Part shown: piece after piece, positions 9,195 through 22,783 of the stretch
Layout: each line of letters begins with the position of its first letter
Numbering within the stretch: the first letter of the stretch is position 1
Assembly (NCBI RefSeq): GCF_001194135.2
Contig: NC_068990.1
Coordinates: 20,694,143-20,758,142 of the forward strand
DNA length: 64,000 nucleotides
DNA from: Octopus bimaculoides
Lineage: Eukaryota
Direction of reading: 5' to 3'
Program-made: the position numbers and the translations under genes
Notes under the pieces: model-generated
The model's database searches: none
What the model was told of the DNA's origin: nothing
The model's input: the letters and a program-made list of their open reading frames with translations, nothing else

Positions 9195-9755
9195 TACATA
9201 CATATATAAACTTGCTTTTAGCAAATTTTGGGATGCGTGGCATTCAGTGAATGAAAAATGCTTTAAATACTACAGAAACTACACCTAGGGCAGACACAGA
9301 AGAGCTGTAGTTTTTCATGAGTTTTCGACCAAAAAATAATAATAATCTGTATCGTGCCTTTAACGATAATTTCGTATATCGGAGGAAACGGCAAAATTTG
9401 CGTAGATTTAGGGCTCGGTCAAGTAAGAAATTACTGGGTGGACGTAAGAAAGTAAACAAATGCAATTTGAAACGATAGATGAATACAATAAATAAAGTCT
9501 TTCAGCCAAACACGAGAATAAATATTAACACCAAGATGAAATCCTCTACTGGAAATAAAAAAGAAAATTAGTAAGACAGGAGAAAATTTTGACCGTAACA
9601 CTTGGAGTCCAGTGGTTAAAAGACAGAGAAGGGGAAATTAATCACGGGTTAAGTGTGAGCATGAGATAAGAGGGAAGAATAGGAGAGAAGAGAGAGCGGG
9701 AGGGATAGAGAGAGAGAGAGAGAGAACAAGTGAAGAAGGGGACATGGATTCGAAC

Positions 9756-9905
9756 TTGGCTGTACGGTTTAGAAGCTCCATGTGCAAGTTCGTGCCTCCG
9801 GGTTCAGAGCAACTGCGTGCCACTTTGGAGAAGTGTCTTCTACTAATATCCCCGGACCAGCTAATGCAATATAAATATGGAATCTGAAAGAAGCTCGTCT
9901 TGCAT
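9756..9905 (+). mobile_element. tRNA-derived SINE (family C)
   Basis: ggctgt...ccgggttcag (B-box-like) ...gccactttggagaagtgtcttctact... motif. Related fragments lie on the minus strand near 25215-25310 and 35105-35190. Confidence 0.6.
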
Positions 9906-9945
<40 letters not shown>

Positions 9946-10960
9946 NNNNNNNNNNAACAAGAGTGAAAAAACTACAGAAGGCTTGTGTTACATGGTTAAA
10001 GTGTATATTTAAAATATGTCAGAAAAATGTTATAAAATTTTTTTGGTATATAACCATTGTATTTGGAGAAATAACCGGTTTCGTGTTGTCTTTTCAAATT
10101 TCTCTACTTCATGGGAACATGTCTACGCTCCCGTCTGTAAATAAAAGAGTTCTAGAACTATCTAGAACTCTTTTATACATCCAACCACGTGCTTTCACAT
10201 ACCAGAAGGGAAATAGCCCTGAAACTCGAGTTGCCTTTATATATTTATATTTATATATTTGATACTTTATATTGAAAACTCAATATTTCATCTACATTCA
10301 ATACTTTATTTCATGGTGCCATCCATTTTTATTTTATTTTATTTTATTTTATATTATATATTGTATGTTCCATATTCCATACCCCACACTGGTTCTGCAG
10401 GAATATAAATAAAACATAAAAAACAGACAGTGTTGGAACTCTTTTAAACAAAATAATATATTCTTCTATACACAATCATACAAAAAAAAAACAACCTCTC
10501 TTGTATTTATTTTTACTCTATCTGTGTGCATGCATACACATGCATAATTACATGTATACCTACCTACCGACCTGCCTATCTTCCTACCTACCTACCTACC
10601 TACTTACCTACCTACCTACCTACCTACCTGCCTACCTACCTATCTACCTACCTACCTACATACATGCATACATACATACATACATACATACATACACATA
10701 TATATATATATACTAATTGAGTTAGAATGCAGAGAGATCTAATGGATACAAATTAACGTATTAATTAATCAACATATTAAGTAAATATTGTTTCATTTCT
10801 AGAGATTAAAATTACGAAGGATATATAAAATTATGATGTATTCGCATTTTAAATACCTTGTCAGGGAAATCGTCAGGGTTTTCAGAGGACAGTTATGATT
10901 ACATTACAATACTTTCGAAATATACGGATTATAAAAGCATATTTACTACGTGTCTATATA

Positions 10961-11179
10961 CAGGTTGTTCAAAAAGTCTCTCCACAGTGAATTTTTTCAT
11001 GCTGCACATCACCATAGCGCTACTTGAAGAACGGATTATTTCGAAGGAAATTTGGCCACCAAGATCACCTGATTTAACACGGTCAGACTTAATTTTCGCG
11101 AGCAAGTAAAGGATCAGTTTATAAGAATTGCCCAAATACCACTCAATACTTACTGCGGAGAGACTTTTTAAACACCCTG
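10961..11179 (+). mobile_element. Tc1/mariner-superfamily internal-deletion derivative (219 bp)
   Basis: 28-bp TIRs CAGGTTGTTCAAAAAGTCTCTCCACAGT / ACTGCGGAGAGACTTTTTAAACACCCTG; TA on both sides; internal transposase remnant IISKEIWPPRSPDLT. Confidence 0.9.
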
Positions 11180-11236
11180 TATACGTGTGTGCGGGTACAC
11201 ATGCATAAAACTATTCCTTTTATTTCAGTTCAATTA

Positions 11237-12310
11237 TAATGGGTTGGCAACTAAGTTCCCGCCGTTTAATAGAAAATAACAACTAATTAATCAATAATGT
11301 ATTCGCCCTTCTTGTTTACAATTTCTTCCCAACGTTAAACAAGATATTCAATACCTCGTTGGTAGAAATCACCCGATTTCGACTCGAAAAATTGATCCAA
11401 CCAAGCTCTCAATGTTGCATCAGTAATGAACGAAACTCCGCGCATAGCATTTGAAAGAGATCGAAAGAGGTGGAAATCCGTTAGCACTTCCCAGCCATGC
11501 GTTTGAATGGCTTCCTTGGTCATATTGGCGATATGAGGGCGGGTGTTGTCGTGCAGCAGAAGAACTCCATGCTCCTGATTAGGTCTTTTCTCTTGAATAG
11601 CCAGGTTGAGTCGTTCCATCTGTTGAACATAGAGTTCCACGTTGACTGTTTGGTTCCATTCAAGCAATTCGTAATGGATAATCCCTTCCCAGTCCCACCA
11701 TGCGCCCAACATCGTTTTACGCGGATGAAGATCTTGTTTCACGCGCGGTGTCGCTTGTTTACCGGGGCTAAGCCATTCCTTACGCTGCTTCATATTGATG
11801 TACAGACACCATTTCTCGTCGCCAGTAACGATGCTGTAAAGAAATCATTGCTTGTGTTCATGAGTTGAGCGGTGACGAGCATGCAAACCAGCGGAGATTG
11901 TGGCTCGTTGATTTTTGTTGTTGTCACATAAAGCATGCAGAACCCATGCAGAATACTTCTGAACCTTTCCCATCGAGTGAAGATGCTTTTCCATAGCAGT
12001 GTGGGAACATTCCATTTTCTCTGCCAGTTCGCTTCCCGTTTGACGAGAATTTTCATACAATAGTTGATTTAATCTCTCTTCATTGAACTCAACTGGACGG
12101 CCAGAACGAGGTGCGACCTTGAGGTCAAATTTTTCATTTTTGAACTTGGCATACCAATCACCAGCGGTTCTTTCAGCTATGGCACCCTTTCCATGCACAG
12201 CACAAATTTTGCGAGCAGCTTTTGCAGCCTTAGAACCTTGATTAAAATTTTTAAAAAGGAGGTGTCGAAAATGCTCGTTTTTCTTAACTTGACATTCCAT
12301 TTTAATGATC
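11237..12310 (-). mobile_element. Mariner transposon, defective
   Basis: TIR-like atgggttggcaactaagttcccgccgttt at about 11239 followed by a near full-length transposase. The other TIR is only weakly visible near 12480. Confidence 0.93.
11287..12300 (-). pseudogene. Mariner D,D34D-type transposase pseudogene
   Basis: HTH N-terminus, RSGRP, WVLHAL (WVPHEL), TGDEKW and LHDNTRPH motifs. It has a frameshift near 11845, the YSPDLAP motif with the third catalytic Asp is deleted (WEVLTDFHLF), and there is a premature TAA at 11335-11337 before the GEYIID end. Confidence 0.92.
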
Positions 12311-12832
12311 TGAAAATAAGCAAAAATAAACTAAAATTAATTATCAAGCCTCTTTAAAATCTGAAAAAATAAAATGCCCCAGAAGTAAGTTTATGAATCT
12401 GTTTTGCAAGTTTCGTCATGTGAAATCGTGTACTGGAACGGGTATTGTTGTATTTCATGATGGTGATATTATCTTTATTTGTTGCCAAACAAGCACATGC
12501 AGAACAGAACCAGGGGAAACACGCGGATGGAAGAGTCACTAAAGAGGTCACAGATACGTGACAAAGTAGTTCCAGACAATAGACATAAGATAAAATAAGA
12601 AAATAGTAAACGAGTAAAGAACGAATATATAATGCGTGTATTTATTTGGCAAAATAAATAAATAAGACTAGCCAACGCCTAAGTACTGGAGACCAGTTAG
12701 TCGACATCACAGTACATATAATACGCTTCACACACAAACACACACTCAAACACACACACAAAGACACGTTTACATACCACGACCCAGCATACGTATACAG
12801 CATATAGACGCTACTTTGTCTGTAAATACATG

Positions 12833-13018
12833 CAGTAATCACTCACCATATTGTGGTTTACCTATGGTGCCATCAGTACATCGCGGAATTTTCTGGATAT
12901 TATATGTAAATTTATATCGTGGGCTACTCAGTATATCGTGGGTTTCTCCGACCGATAACTATTTATACTTTTGTAGATTTTAATTATTTCTGTGGTAAAA
13001 TAAGCGAAAGGATTATTG
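12833..13018 (+). mobile_element. Tigger/pogo-like MITE (~186 bp), decayed
   Basis: CAGTAATCACTC start and GGATTATTG end; internally homologous, in reverse orientation, to 63832-64000. Confidence 0.65.
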
Positions 13019-13676
13019 AAATTAACCATTACTCATTTTGCCCCAGTTTAGACATCAGTTTTTGAAAATTGAAATTTATCAACTTAGCGAATAGTGTAGG
13101 AGAAAATAGAACAAAACAGAGGAAAGAATTTGGATTGTTGAATACCAGAAATTATCTAGATATTTTACTAGCAACCTCAATTACAACTGAATCAAAGTTG
13201 AGGGAAAATTTATTGAAAATAAAGTACCTGTTACCTGATGGTTTCAATCTGCCTCAACTGCATCAACAACAATGGTAGCCAATGTTTACTCTGAAAGATG
13301 ATGCAAGAATACGAAATAGTCATGCAATACTTGCAATGTAATATTTTCAAACAAGTAGTAAGAAATTGACAAGAAACTGATAATTACTCATTCTGCCCCA
13401 CTTCGCCGTAGTTATTTCAAGTATTTTACAAAATGACAAAAAAATAGTGAAGAAAGAAAATCCGGTTTAATGAAAAGATGTGAATATAAAAGTAATAATT
13501 CTAAAGCTGAAAAAGAAATGCATTGAGCTGTTCAGTGTTTTAATCTTATAATTAAAGCTAAAGTCAAAATCTAAATTTTGCAACATATTACTGACTTGCT
13601 CTTTCGTAAAATAAGACCAGTTTTCAATGGCGCCTGAAGTAATGAAGTTTACAATGACAATATATCTTTGTGTGTA

Positions 13677-13749
<73 letters not shown>

Positions 13750-15008
13750 AATAGTCAGTGGTCAATCTAACGTCACTGTGTTCAGTCATGCATTGAAAGA
13801 AGAAATCTGAACTAGAGACAATAACTAACTTCTTTCTATCAATCTTTTTATCCCTCTTTATAAACATTTATCCTCTCTCTCACTCACATACACACATAAA
13901 CACACACACATACAGACACACATAAACACACTTTTATCACAGGTACAGCATCATGTGTCCAGAACATCCGTTTCAAGAGCATTTCGGATTACTGATTTTC
14001 CGAACCAGCAGCTGGTCACAATGCAAATAAAAAAACTAGTTTAAGCAATTAAATACAATACAGGAACCTGTATCGTAGTGTAATTGATAAAATTGTATTA
14101 ATATTGCACTGTACAGCAACTAGAATTAGTGAATTAGTACGGATCATAAGAGATACCAGTTCAGCTTTCCGGAATGTCGGTGTTGTAATTGTAATATGCC
14201 ATACTGAAAGGCCATAGCGTTTGAATCAGATCTTTGGGAATGCGATGAAAATTCCTAACATCTTTTAGTTTTATTAAACCTCTTTAGCTAAGTTTGGTTT
14301 TAGTTTTGCCAGATCTGATATGACGGGAGACTTGTAGACATTACAGTAAATAATCGATGCATGTTGTAGAATACATAGACAAGTGATTCGATAACCACGC
14401 CCTGAGGCCTCTTGTTTGGTATTGTTGTCTGGTACCTTGTTAATTAATTCTTAAGGACGGAATAAAATTTAACATGTCTGGCCATATGGCAAAGCTAAAG
14501 AAACCGTTTGAGAGTTAACAGCTGAGCTTAGAACTTGTTTTCATAGCAACAAAATATAAAGAATATGTATTGATATCTGTTTTAACTCACAACGAAAATT
14601 TCTGTGAAATGCGTCAGATTAACACGATCCTATCAGTTTCAGTGATGTCGTTATATTCTTTAGGAAAACTTCTTTTACACCGAAGCGTATGAAAATAATG
14701 GCTCTATTGATTGTTTCAATGGAAAAAATAGGAAATATTGACCTTCAAGCAACAAGCAATAATCTCCGTTTTATTCAGACAAACATTTGCTTCTTTATAT
14801 TTAACATATGACAAATATGATTCGAAAGCCATGCTTATATGTATGTATGTATGTATGTATAGAGAGACATACACATATGTACATACACACACACANNNNN
14901 NNNNNNNNNNNNNNNNNNNNNNNNNNNNNNNNNNNNNNNNNNNNNNNNNNNNNNNNNNNNNNNNNNNNNNNNNNNNNNNNNNNNNNNNNNNNNNNNNNNN
15001 NNNNNNNN

Positions 15009-15051
<43 letters not shown>

Positions 15052-15077
15052 ATATAGGTATGCATGTATGTATGTAT

Positions 15078-15235
15078 TTGAAATTTATAGAAAAGCAGAA
15101 GACGAAGACAGGTGTATGAACAACAAACAAATGCATCCGCTTGACACTCAGGAAAATGAAAGTCTTTTACGTTTCGAACTTGCGTCTTCAACAGAAAGGA
15201 ATAGCAGAGAATAAACAGAGAATTAAAACAACTTG
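15078..15235 (-). mobile_element. Short hammerhead-like-motif repeat (HH-family) copy upstream of protease 2
   Basis: Homologous to the copies at 28357, 34863, 36470 and 50015; motif at 15163-15200; absent from the equivalent position upstream of protease 1. Confidence 0.8.
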
Positions 15236-15320
15236 TACATTTCAGCAGCGTCTGTGGATGTATGTATGTATGTATGTATATACAGAGAAAGACAGGGAAT
15301 GAGGGGGGCAACTGAATTTC

Positions 15321-15328
15321 TATAAATA
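15321..15328 (+). promoter_or_regulatory. TATA box of protease 2
   Basis: TATAAATA 52 bp upstream of the ATG, same position as in paralogue 1. Confidence 0.75.
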
Positions 15329-15372
15329 TGCACTGCAAACTGTGTGCATGCAGATCTCAGGTGTTGCCCACC

Positions 15373-15433
15373 ATGTATAAATCTCTTGGCTTGATCATCC
15401 TGGCAGTGGTGGCCTGCCTCTATGCAATACCGA
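15373..15433 (+). CDS. Protease 2 exon 1 (signal peptide)
   Basis: ccaccATG; [20 protein letters not shown]; GTAAGT donor at 15434. Confidence 0.9.
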
Positions 15434-16691
15434 GTAAGTTGGAGAAAAAAGCTTGTTTTGACATCTTTTCGATTTCGTTAATTATTCTATACGCCTCTTA
15501 TAGCATTAATGATTTCAATGTACAATTTTCGTGTATAATTCAATAACTTCAAATGTAAATGCTTAGTTTTTTCTGGTCATACAAAGTAGAATTTCTGTTT
15601 ACGAATGCCTCGCATCACGAAAAAATTGTTTACGAATAACTTTTCGAACATAAAGCGTCTCCGCTGATGTATGCTGTCTTGAATAACGAATACGCAAACC
15701 GTTAACCACGGTTGACAAGAAGCAGGAGAACGTCTTTTGTTTTCTAACTTTCACTCTGTGGACATCCCTGTTCGATTGAATTAATTATGCCTTCTCGTGT
15801 GATTCCTATGGAAAATAATTTTGTTTTACTGAAATTTCGAGTAACAGACTCCCTTCAGGAATGAAGTAAATTCATAAATCAAGGTTGTATTGCATTAAAT
15901 TCATTATAATTTTCAATGTTTTATGACTTATATTGAGATTAGCTTTGCTTTCGCTAGTATATCATTTAAAGACAAAGGAGAAAATGGTGCGAAACGTAAC
16001 AAGAATATGAGAGAATTCTCGTTACCGTGGCATAGAGAGTAAACGTATTTTCATTTTTTTTTACTAACGTCTGTAGTCTTTTGAAAACAAATTCGGTAAC
16101 GATTTACATTAATATTCCCTCGTTATCATAATCAAAATAGCGTATATGAACCTCAAAAATTTGACTGCTATTTATTTTCACGACACAAGATCAACTGTGA
16201 CGTTGAATCTAAAACAAAATATCAGAGTTAAAAGAGTGCTTAAACTAATACGAATGAGGGATTTACTCAGGCCTTACTACCACCATGCTAACGCAATCGA
16301 ATATACGTGTGTGCAGTGAGAAACTTAAGATATTTTCTTGTTTTTAGTTAAGAATGTAAACGAACATATTGTGAGTGGAACTGAAAGTCAATATTGTGAG
16401 TTTCCTCACATGGTATTCCTCAATGTTTCCCTGGTTGACGGAGGAGGTATCTGTGGTGGAACTTTGATTAGCGATAAACATGTCTTGACAGCAGCCCATT
16501 GTGTGTAAGTATGTTTGTCTGTTTCTACCATTGAATCCCTGCTGTGCTAGGGCTCCGCCTTGAAGGGTTTATATTTCGAACCCACCCCTATCTCCGAAGA
16601 AAAAAAAATCTTCTCTAGTAATCATATTCTTTAATTCTAACTTATTTTATCGAACTTGTTTGCTGGAACATACATACACACATAAATAAAT

Positions 16692-16729
<38 letters not shown>

Positions 16730-19700
16730 GCACACATATATATATATATGTATATGTGTGTGTGCATGTGTGTGTGTGTGTGTGTGCATCAGGCTTCTAC
16801 ACAGTTTCTGTCTACCAAGTACTCTCATAAGGCAGAAGTTTTATAATCATGATAAACATGTCTGGCTGGAGATGTGGAAATACATTGTCTCTGGCATATA
16901 TACCACCTTATTTGAAAATAAAGTTAAATGAGATTTCATAGGTATTTAACTGTTATTTCTAGCAGCTCAAACTACTAAATTGAAAGCTTCTACAACACTG
17001 ATTGACCTCCTAGAAATTGCAGCCAAAGTTCTTTCAAATCACATCCTACCATTTTAAGTTCCAAATATTCAAATTTTAGAGATAACCAAAAATAATGAAA
17101 TGCAAAATATAGAACGCCACGACACAAAAATTGGATATTTATGGTAATTCTAGATTCCATATTCAACAGCAAAGTTTGTTTATATTCCTTCGTTTGAGAT
17201 ATAACAAAATCTTTGGAACTTTTCTTCCAAAAGATAACATGTTTCAATTATTTTATTTATAGTCATTTTAAGTATATGTAAAATATAAACTTATTAAACC
17301 GACTGTATGTACACGAACAGCAGAACTACCAAGTGGTTCAACAGATTTCTTTTCAAAATATAGTTTAAATTCTCTCATTGATCTTCAGAAAGTAGAATGA
17401 AGGTTTAATGCAATATTGATCTCAAATTTTGACACAAAGCCAGCAATTTCAAGAGAGGAATAAGGCGATTACATCTACCCTTTTGTTCAAATGGTACTTA
17501 TTTTATCATCACCGAATGAATGCGAGGCAAATCGACCACGGCAGAATTTCATCTTAGAACAGCTGGCTCGTCGCCTTAAGTTTAGTAAGATATCGAATTT
17601 GGCACAAGGCTAGCAATTTCGAGGTAGGGGTAAGTCGATTACATAGACCCAGGTGCTTAACTGATACTTAGTTTATCAATCTCGATGTGATGAAAGGTAA
17701 AGTAGACTCCAGCGGAGTTAGAACTCTCACCGTAATGAAGGACGAAATGCTGCTAAGTATTTTCACCGGCGTGCTAACGATTCTATCAGTTTGCCGCCTT
17801 AAGGTTTAGCAAGATATCAATGTCAAATTTTAGCTCAATGTCAGTAATAACAGGTGAAGCTGGTAAGTCGATTACACTTATTTTATAAACCCCGAGACGA
17901 TGAAAGACAATGTAGTTATCGACGAAATTCGAAATCCGACCGCAAAGATGGACGAAATATCGTTAAGCATTTGGCCCGGCGTGCTAACCGGTCTGTCAGC
18001 TCATTGTCTTAAGGTTTTATAAAATATCATAAATTACTATGCGAAAACAAAGCGCCAACTGGTTTCCATTGATATGAGTGAATAGATGCTAGAATATTAA
18101 CACTGGGTGAGAGACAGATATTCCTATATGAGAGAAGAGATTTTCTGCATCAAACATTTCACTCACTAGACAGAATATATCTCACTCAAAACCCCTGCAT
18201 CATATTTAGAACGGAAGAACACATTGCATAATTCGGAATTAGAGCAAGTAGAGAAGGATGGTCATATGAGGAATGCATTTAATCATAAACCTGATCAGTA
18301 AAGGTTGGCCGAGTATTAAACGTTAACATTTACGATAGTCAGTTCTTCAAGAAATGGACGATACCAACTCATAAAAAGCGAGAGAGTGGCGTATTTTATA
18401 CGGGTACTGAAGAGAAAGTATGAAGAAAAATATCGAGACATATCTTGCGTCCGTTCCCCTTCTCTGTTCTCTACTATTTCGTGGGTTATGGGATAGAATA
18501 GTCAGGTGTTTTCTCCATAGGGTCCTCTCAGAAGAAACCGTGAATACACTCTCTGGCTGTTTGTAAAAACTATTTTCATTGATTATCATGCGTGTGAATA
18601 AGCTGGTAATTTCAGTGGTGAAAATTATAGATGAAACAATGCGTGTATTCGTTTAACAGTAATCAATCTATTGGTTGTAAATTTTTGTGGCTCGTTTAAC
18701 TTTGTTGAATCTCAACATAATATGATTAAGTGCTGGGACGGATTTTTAAGTAGGGTTGCTAAATGAAAGGGTGTGATAGTTTAAAAATGTAGATGAAGCA
18801 CCGACCTAAATCCTAACAAAAGCTCCAGTACAGTTCCTCTTTTATCTGAGCACTGATGAAGATGATGACGACGACGATGGTGATGACAGTGATGAGGAAG
18901 AGGAAGGGTAGATAAAGTAGATTTTTATATCATTTGAATTTTCTTTTTCTCCAGTCCAGAAGGCGTGGCGGCAATTACTGCTCACATAGGATCAACCAAC
19001 AAGAAAACTGCAGTAGTTCGGACACCCGTAAAGAAATGGGTGAAGCATCGAGATTACATTAGAAAGCAAGGAACTGTCGGTTAGTATTTTTTTGTTTTCA
19101 CCCAAACACAATTAAAAAATTATGGAAGAAATTAAACCGTTCACAGGTTTTCTGTTTGTAGTTGGCTACGAAGATTCTTTACGTAAACTTTTGTGCTGAA
19201 ACGGATTTCATTTTGCGAATAGTAGATACACGCCAAGGTTCTGTTTCATTTCTTTCATTATTAGCTAATTCGTTAACATTTAGTCAATTAACTAACCGAT
19301 CGTTTGATTAATCCTTCAGTCAGTGAATCAATCAATCAATCAATCAATCATTCAATCAAAGAATCGATTAAAGAACTAGTATTGTCAAAAGTCACTTAGT
19401 CGCCATTGGTGACTATGTCGATGACATATCGTCTCTGTTACGATCTGTTGCAGGTCTATTCTGCTTCTCATCAGTTGCTACCACAATATTAACCCTTTCC
19501 CTGTGGATATCAGATATATCCACTGAAAATTTTTTTTATCCTTAACTGTGGAAAGCAGTTTTATATGACAATCTCTGTTTTCTTGAGGAATGTCATGTTT
19601 GAAACCTATTTTTGCTTATTCAGCCAACATGACTTGCTAAAAATACCAATTCCATTCTTCTTATTACTGGAATAACCACGAAGTTTAATATTGAAATATA

Positions 19701-19997
19701 ACGTGTAAAACCTTTCTTCGAGTGGAGAAAGGTTTTTCCATTCAAATACAATATCAAAGGAAACATTCATTTCCACCATTTGTTTAAGTAAGAAAATCTT
19801 GACTAAGTCATTAAAATAACGGTTTATCTCAACCCCAAACAGACAAGGGATGAGCCTATATAATGTCAACTGCGCACGTAGCGAATTTCATAATTCAGTC
19901 ATGGGTGTATTGGTTTTCGTATAATTGTACCCCAGTGTCACTTTGATGTGCTGCTCTCTCACTCAATAATAATAATAATAATATTAATAATAATAAC

Positions 19998-20054
<57 letters not shown>

Positions 20055-21977
20055 TCTGTGTAATGATATATACAAATATTGAATTTTGTTCTTCACATAA
20101 TTTTGCAAATAATGCTTATTGCTCTTCACCTCATTTTGCAGATAATGACATTGCTGTCTTAGAATTGACGACACCTGTCCCGATCAGCGCATGTATCAAG
20201 CCTGTGGATTTACCAAACAAAGGAGATAAATTCCACAAGAGATGTATAACTGCTGGATGGGGAAAGACCGGAAGTATGTCATGTTAATTTATAAAATTGT
20301 ATCTCTGCAATTGAAAGTTTAGTCCCAAATATGATTTATACATTTATTTATTAACAAAATACTTCATGTTCTTTGCCTTTATTTACCTAGAACATGGAAT
20401 TTTCCCAAACCAAATGAGACGAACTAATATTGATATCATCCCAAATGATAAATGCCAAAGTTATTCTCCTGGCACCACGGTTGAACAGCATATCTGTGTT
20501 GGCGCCCTTTTAAGAAATGGAACAAATATTTGCTACGTAATATGACGCTTATTCACTCTTTCATATTATACGCATATTCCTTCCATTTTTAATTTTCAGT
20601 TTTGGTATTGTATCCATCCATAGATCCATCCATCCATCCATCCATCCATCCATCCATCCATCCGTTCATCCATCCATAGATCCATCCATTCATTCATCCA
20701 TCTACCCATCGGTCCATCCGTCTTTTCATCTGTCTTCGTCCACTATTTCTGTGAGGGTCGTAGGTGCAGAGTCCACAGGCATCACTTCCATATTCGGAGT
20801 GAAAATCAGGAAAAATATGCAGTTGTAGTGGTGACTAAAGGAACAAAGGGAGTCAACTGTTGAATGTTAGCTCTCTGATTGCTCTCTGCTATATAAGTGG
20901 ATTCTCCGATTGTAAACGAAATGTGAGGATTCTGTAATTTCTTGCGCTACAACCTGCACAGCGGATCTGTTTATGAGGAACAAACATTTGTTAGAGTACA
21001 TTCGCTCACTCTTTCCATTAAATAGACATTGCCTATACAGAGACACACAGTGTACTACACGTCAGATGTGGAAGTGAGTGTAAAGTAACGCAAAATGAAT
21101 TGATTTCCTCAACCGTACAACGTAACCCGGTCTTCCGATCGTCATTTCAATAAGCTAACCATTACGTCACTCATCTTCGCCTTCTACAAATGCGTTTTTT
21201 TTTTCTTTCTGAATCCTAATGCAACCCGGAGGGAAAAGAAACAGTTAAATAGTGCAGGTACATTTCTCATTTATAAGAAAATTAAAATGAATATTTGAGC
21301 AGAATTTTGTTTTATTAATTTTGTAAATGCGCTGTTTTCATCTCTCTTTGTCTCTCTCACACACAAACACATCCACATACCCACACACACATGTTCTTTC
21401 TCTCTTACTCTCTCTTTATCTATTTCTCTGTTTGTCTGTCTCTCTGTCTGTCTGTCTGTCTCTCTCTTGCACATTCTCTAAATATATTCACCATTTTATA
21501 TGAATTAAGCTGTATAAATATTTATTTCATTGATAAATTTTTTAACAGTTAATTTCTAATGCTTGAATCCTAAGTAGATAAACTTATATGTAATAGCCTG
21601 CACATATTGTTCTTCTTTTTTAAAACAAAACCACTTTTAGGTGTGTGTGGTCGGGAACGACTGTTTCACAAGTTTTGTTTAACACAATATTTATATGTTA
21701 TTATCAATAACCTTATCTACTTTCGAATCAATTGTTTGAAAATAAATTATTTCACGTTCTATCGAAATGTGTCAATTATTATGACGTAAAAAAATATTCA
21801 AAAATGTTTATTTCACAGGGAGATTCTGGCGGTGGTCTTCTCTGCACGACGACCGTTGACTACAAATATGTCGTTGCTGGCGTTGCCTCTTATGGTTATG
21901 ATTGTGATGAAGGATTCGCTGTCTTCACAAACACCGCCAATTACAGAGATTTCATTGATGAGAATATTACAGAGTAA
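15373..21977 (+). CDS. Secreted chymotrypsin-like serine protease (peptidase S1A), paralogue 2; 6 exons, 259 aa
   Basis: Exons 15373-15433, 16348-16504, 18955-19079, 20142-20273, 20391-20536 and 21819-21977 have the same phases as paralogue 1 and join into a 780-nt ORF: [27 protein letters not shown]|[232 protein letters not shown]. Confidence 0.95.
16348..16504 (+). CDS. Protease 2 exon 2
   Basis: tttttag acceptor; [10 protein letters not shown]...ICGGTLI...LTAAHC; GTAAGT donor. Confidence 0.96.
17410..18018 (-). mobile_element. Three tandem SINE family A units in intron 2 of protease 2
   Basis: Homologous to 3270-3878. Confidence 0.8.
18955..19079 (+). CDS. Protease 2 exon 3
   Basis: tttttctccag acceptor; [16 protein letters not shown]...HRDY...; GTTAGT donor. 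Confidence 0.9.
19870..19964 (+). mobile_element. 3' remnant of the (AAT)n-tailed retroposon in protease 2 intron 3
   Basis: ccccagtgtcactttgat...ctctctcactc followed by a long (AAT)n to about 20053. Confidence 0.8.
20142..20273 (+). CDS. Protease 2 exon 4
   Basis: ttttgcag acceptor; DNDIAVLEL...[10 protein letters not shown]; GTATGT donor. Confidence 0.96.
20391..20536 (+). CDS. Protease 2 exon 5
   Basis: tacctag acceptor; ...NDKC...HICVG...NICY; GTAATA donor. Confidence 0.95.
21819..21977 (+). CDS. Protease 2 exon 6
   Basis: ttcacag acceptor; GDSGGGLLC...GVASYG...AVFTNT; TAA at 21975-21977. Confidence 0.96.
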   Translation, partial: GDSGGGLLCTTTVDYKYVVAGVASYGYDCDEGFAVFTNTANYRDFIDENITE

Positions 21978-22002
21978 TTGGTTCCAAACAATGAACCATT
22001 TT

Positions 22003-22016
22003 ATTAAATAAATAAA
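22003..22016 (+). terminator. Polyadenylation signal(s) of protease 2
   Basis: Overlapping ATTAAA/AATAAA at 22003-22016. The more proximal AATAAA of paralogue 1 is AATGAA here. Confidence 0.65.
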
Positions 22017-22698
22017 TCATTTTAACAAGCATGTCTTAATTTTTTCTGGGATTCGTTTGTTTTTGTCGGTTATATTTTATTTTGCTTCAGTCATTAGATG
22101 ACGGCCATACGGGAGCATCGTTTTGAAGTCAAATGTTTGTTTGGACGCTAGGACTTATTTTTTTAAAGCCTAGTACTTATTCTATCGTTTTTTTCCCCCT
22201 AACTTACGTCTGTCTTTCTATGTATGTATGCATGTATGCATGTATGCATGTATGCATGTATGTATGTATGGATGTATGTATATATGTATGTATGTTTGTA
22301 TGTATGTATGTATCTATCTATCTGTCTATCTGTCTCTCAGTCTGTCTCACTGTTAGTATGTCTGTCTGTGTGTTTGCGTGTGTGCATGCGTGTGTGTGTG
22401 TGTATGAATGTGTATGAATATGTGAGTGTGTCTGTGTGTGTGCGTGTGTGTGTGCATGTGTGTGTAGGTAGTTAGTCAATGAAATCGTCTGCTGTGTTTC
22501 ACTTTATTAACTGACTGCCGAGACATTCGTAGCTGTTATTTCGATCTGGCTGTATCTCTTATGGAATAACAGTGGGTTCCCTACATTATTAATTACCTCA
22601 ATACATACCCCTAAATTACAAGCATACATACATACATTTGTACCTATGCAATTACGTATCCATGTGTGCGTGTATACACAAACATACGCACACATATA

Positions 22699-22783
<85 letters not shown>

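Larger units (their letters stand above)
13670..22130 (+). repeat. Tandem segmental duplication unit, copy B
   Basis: Starts at a (GT)n plus tggtcagtggtcaatctaa-like motif matching 1-86. Homology is lost after ...ttttgaag near 22130. Confidence 0.95.

Noticed and set aside
9250-9470. Basic, Arg/Lys-rich reading frame downstream of protease 1
   Set aside because: Interrupted by a stop, with no splice context or family motif.
13069-13278. 69-aa ORF as a hAT dimerisation-domain remnant
   Set aside because: The diagnostic ERSFS motif is absent and the similarity is impressionistic.
20824-20951. TGTAGTG...CGCTACA segment with a TATA motif in intron 5 of protease 2, as a solo LTR
   Set aside because: No target-site duplication, and the first bases are shared with paralogue 1, so a deletion in copy 1 explains it equally well.
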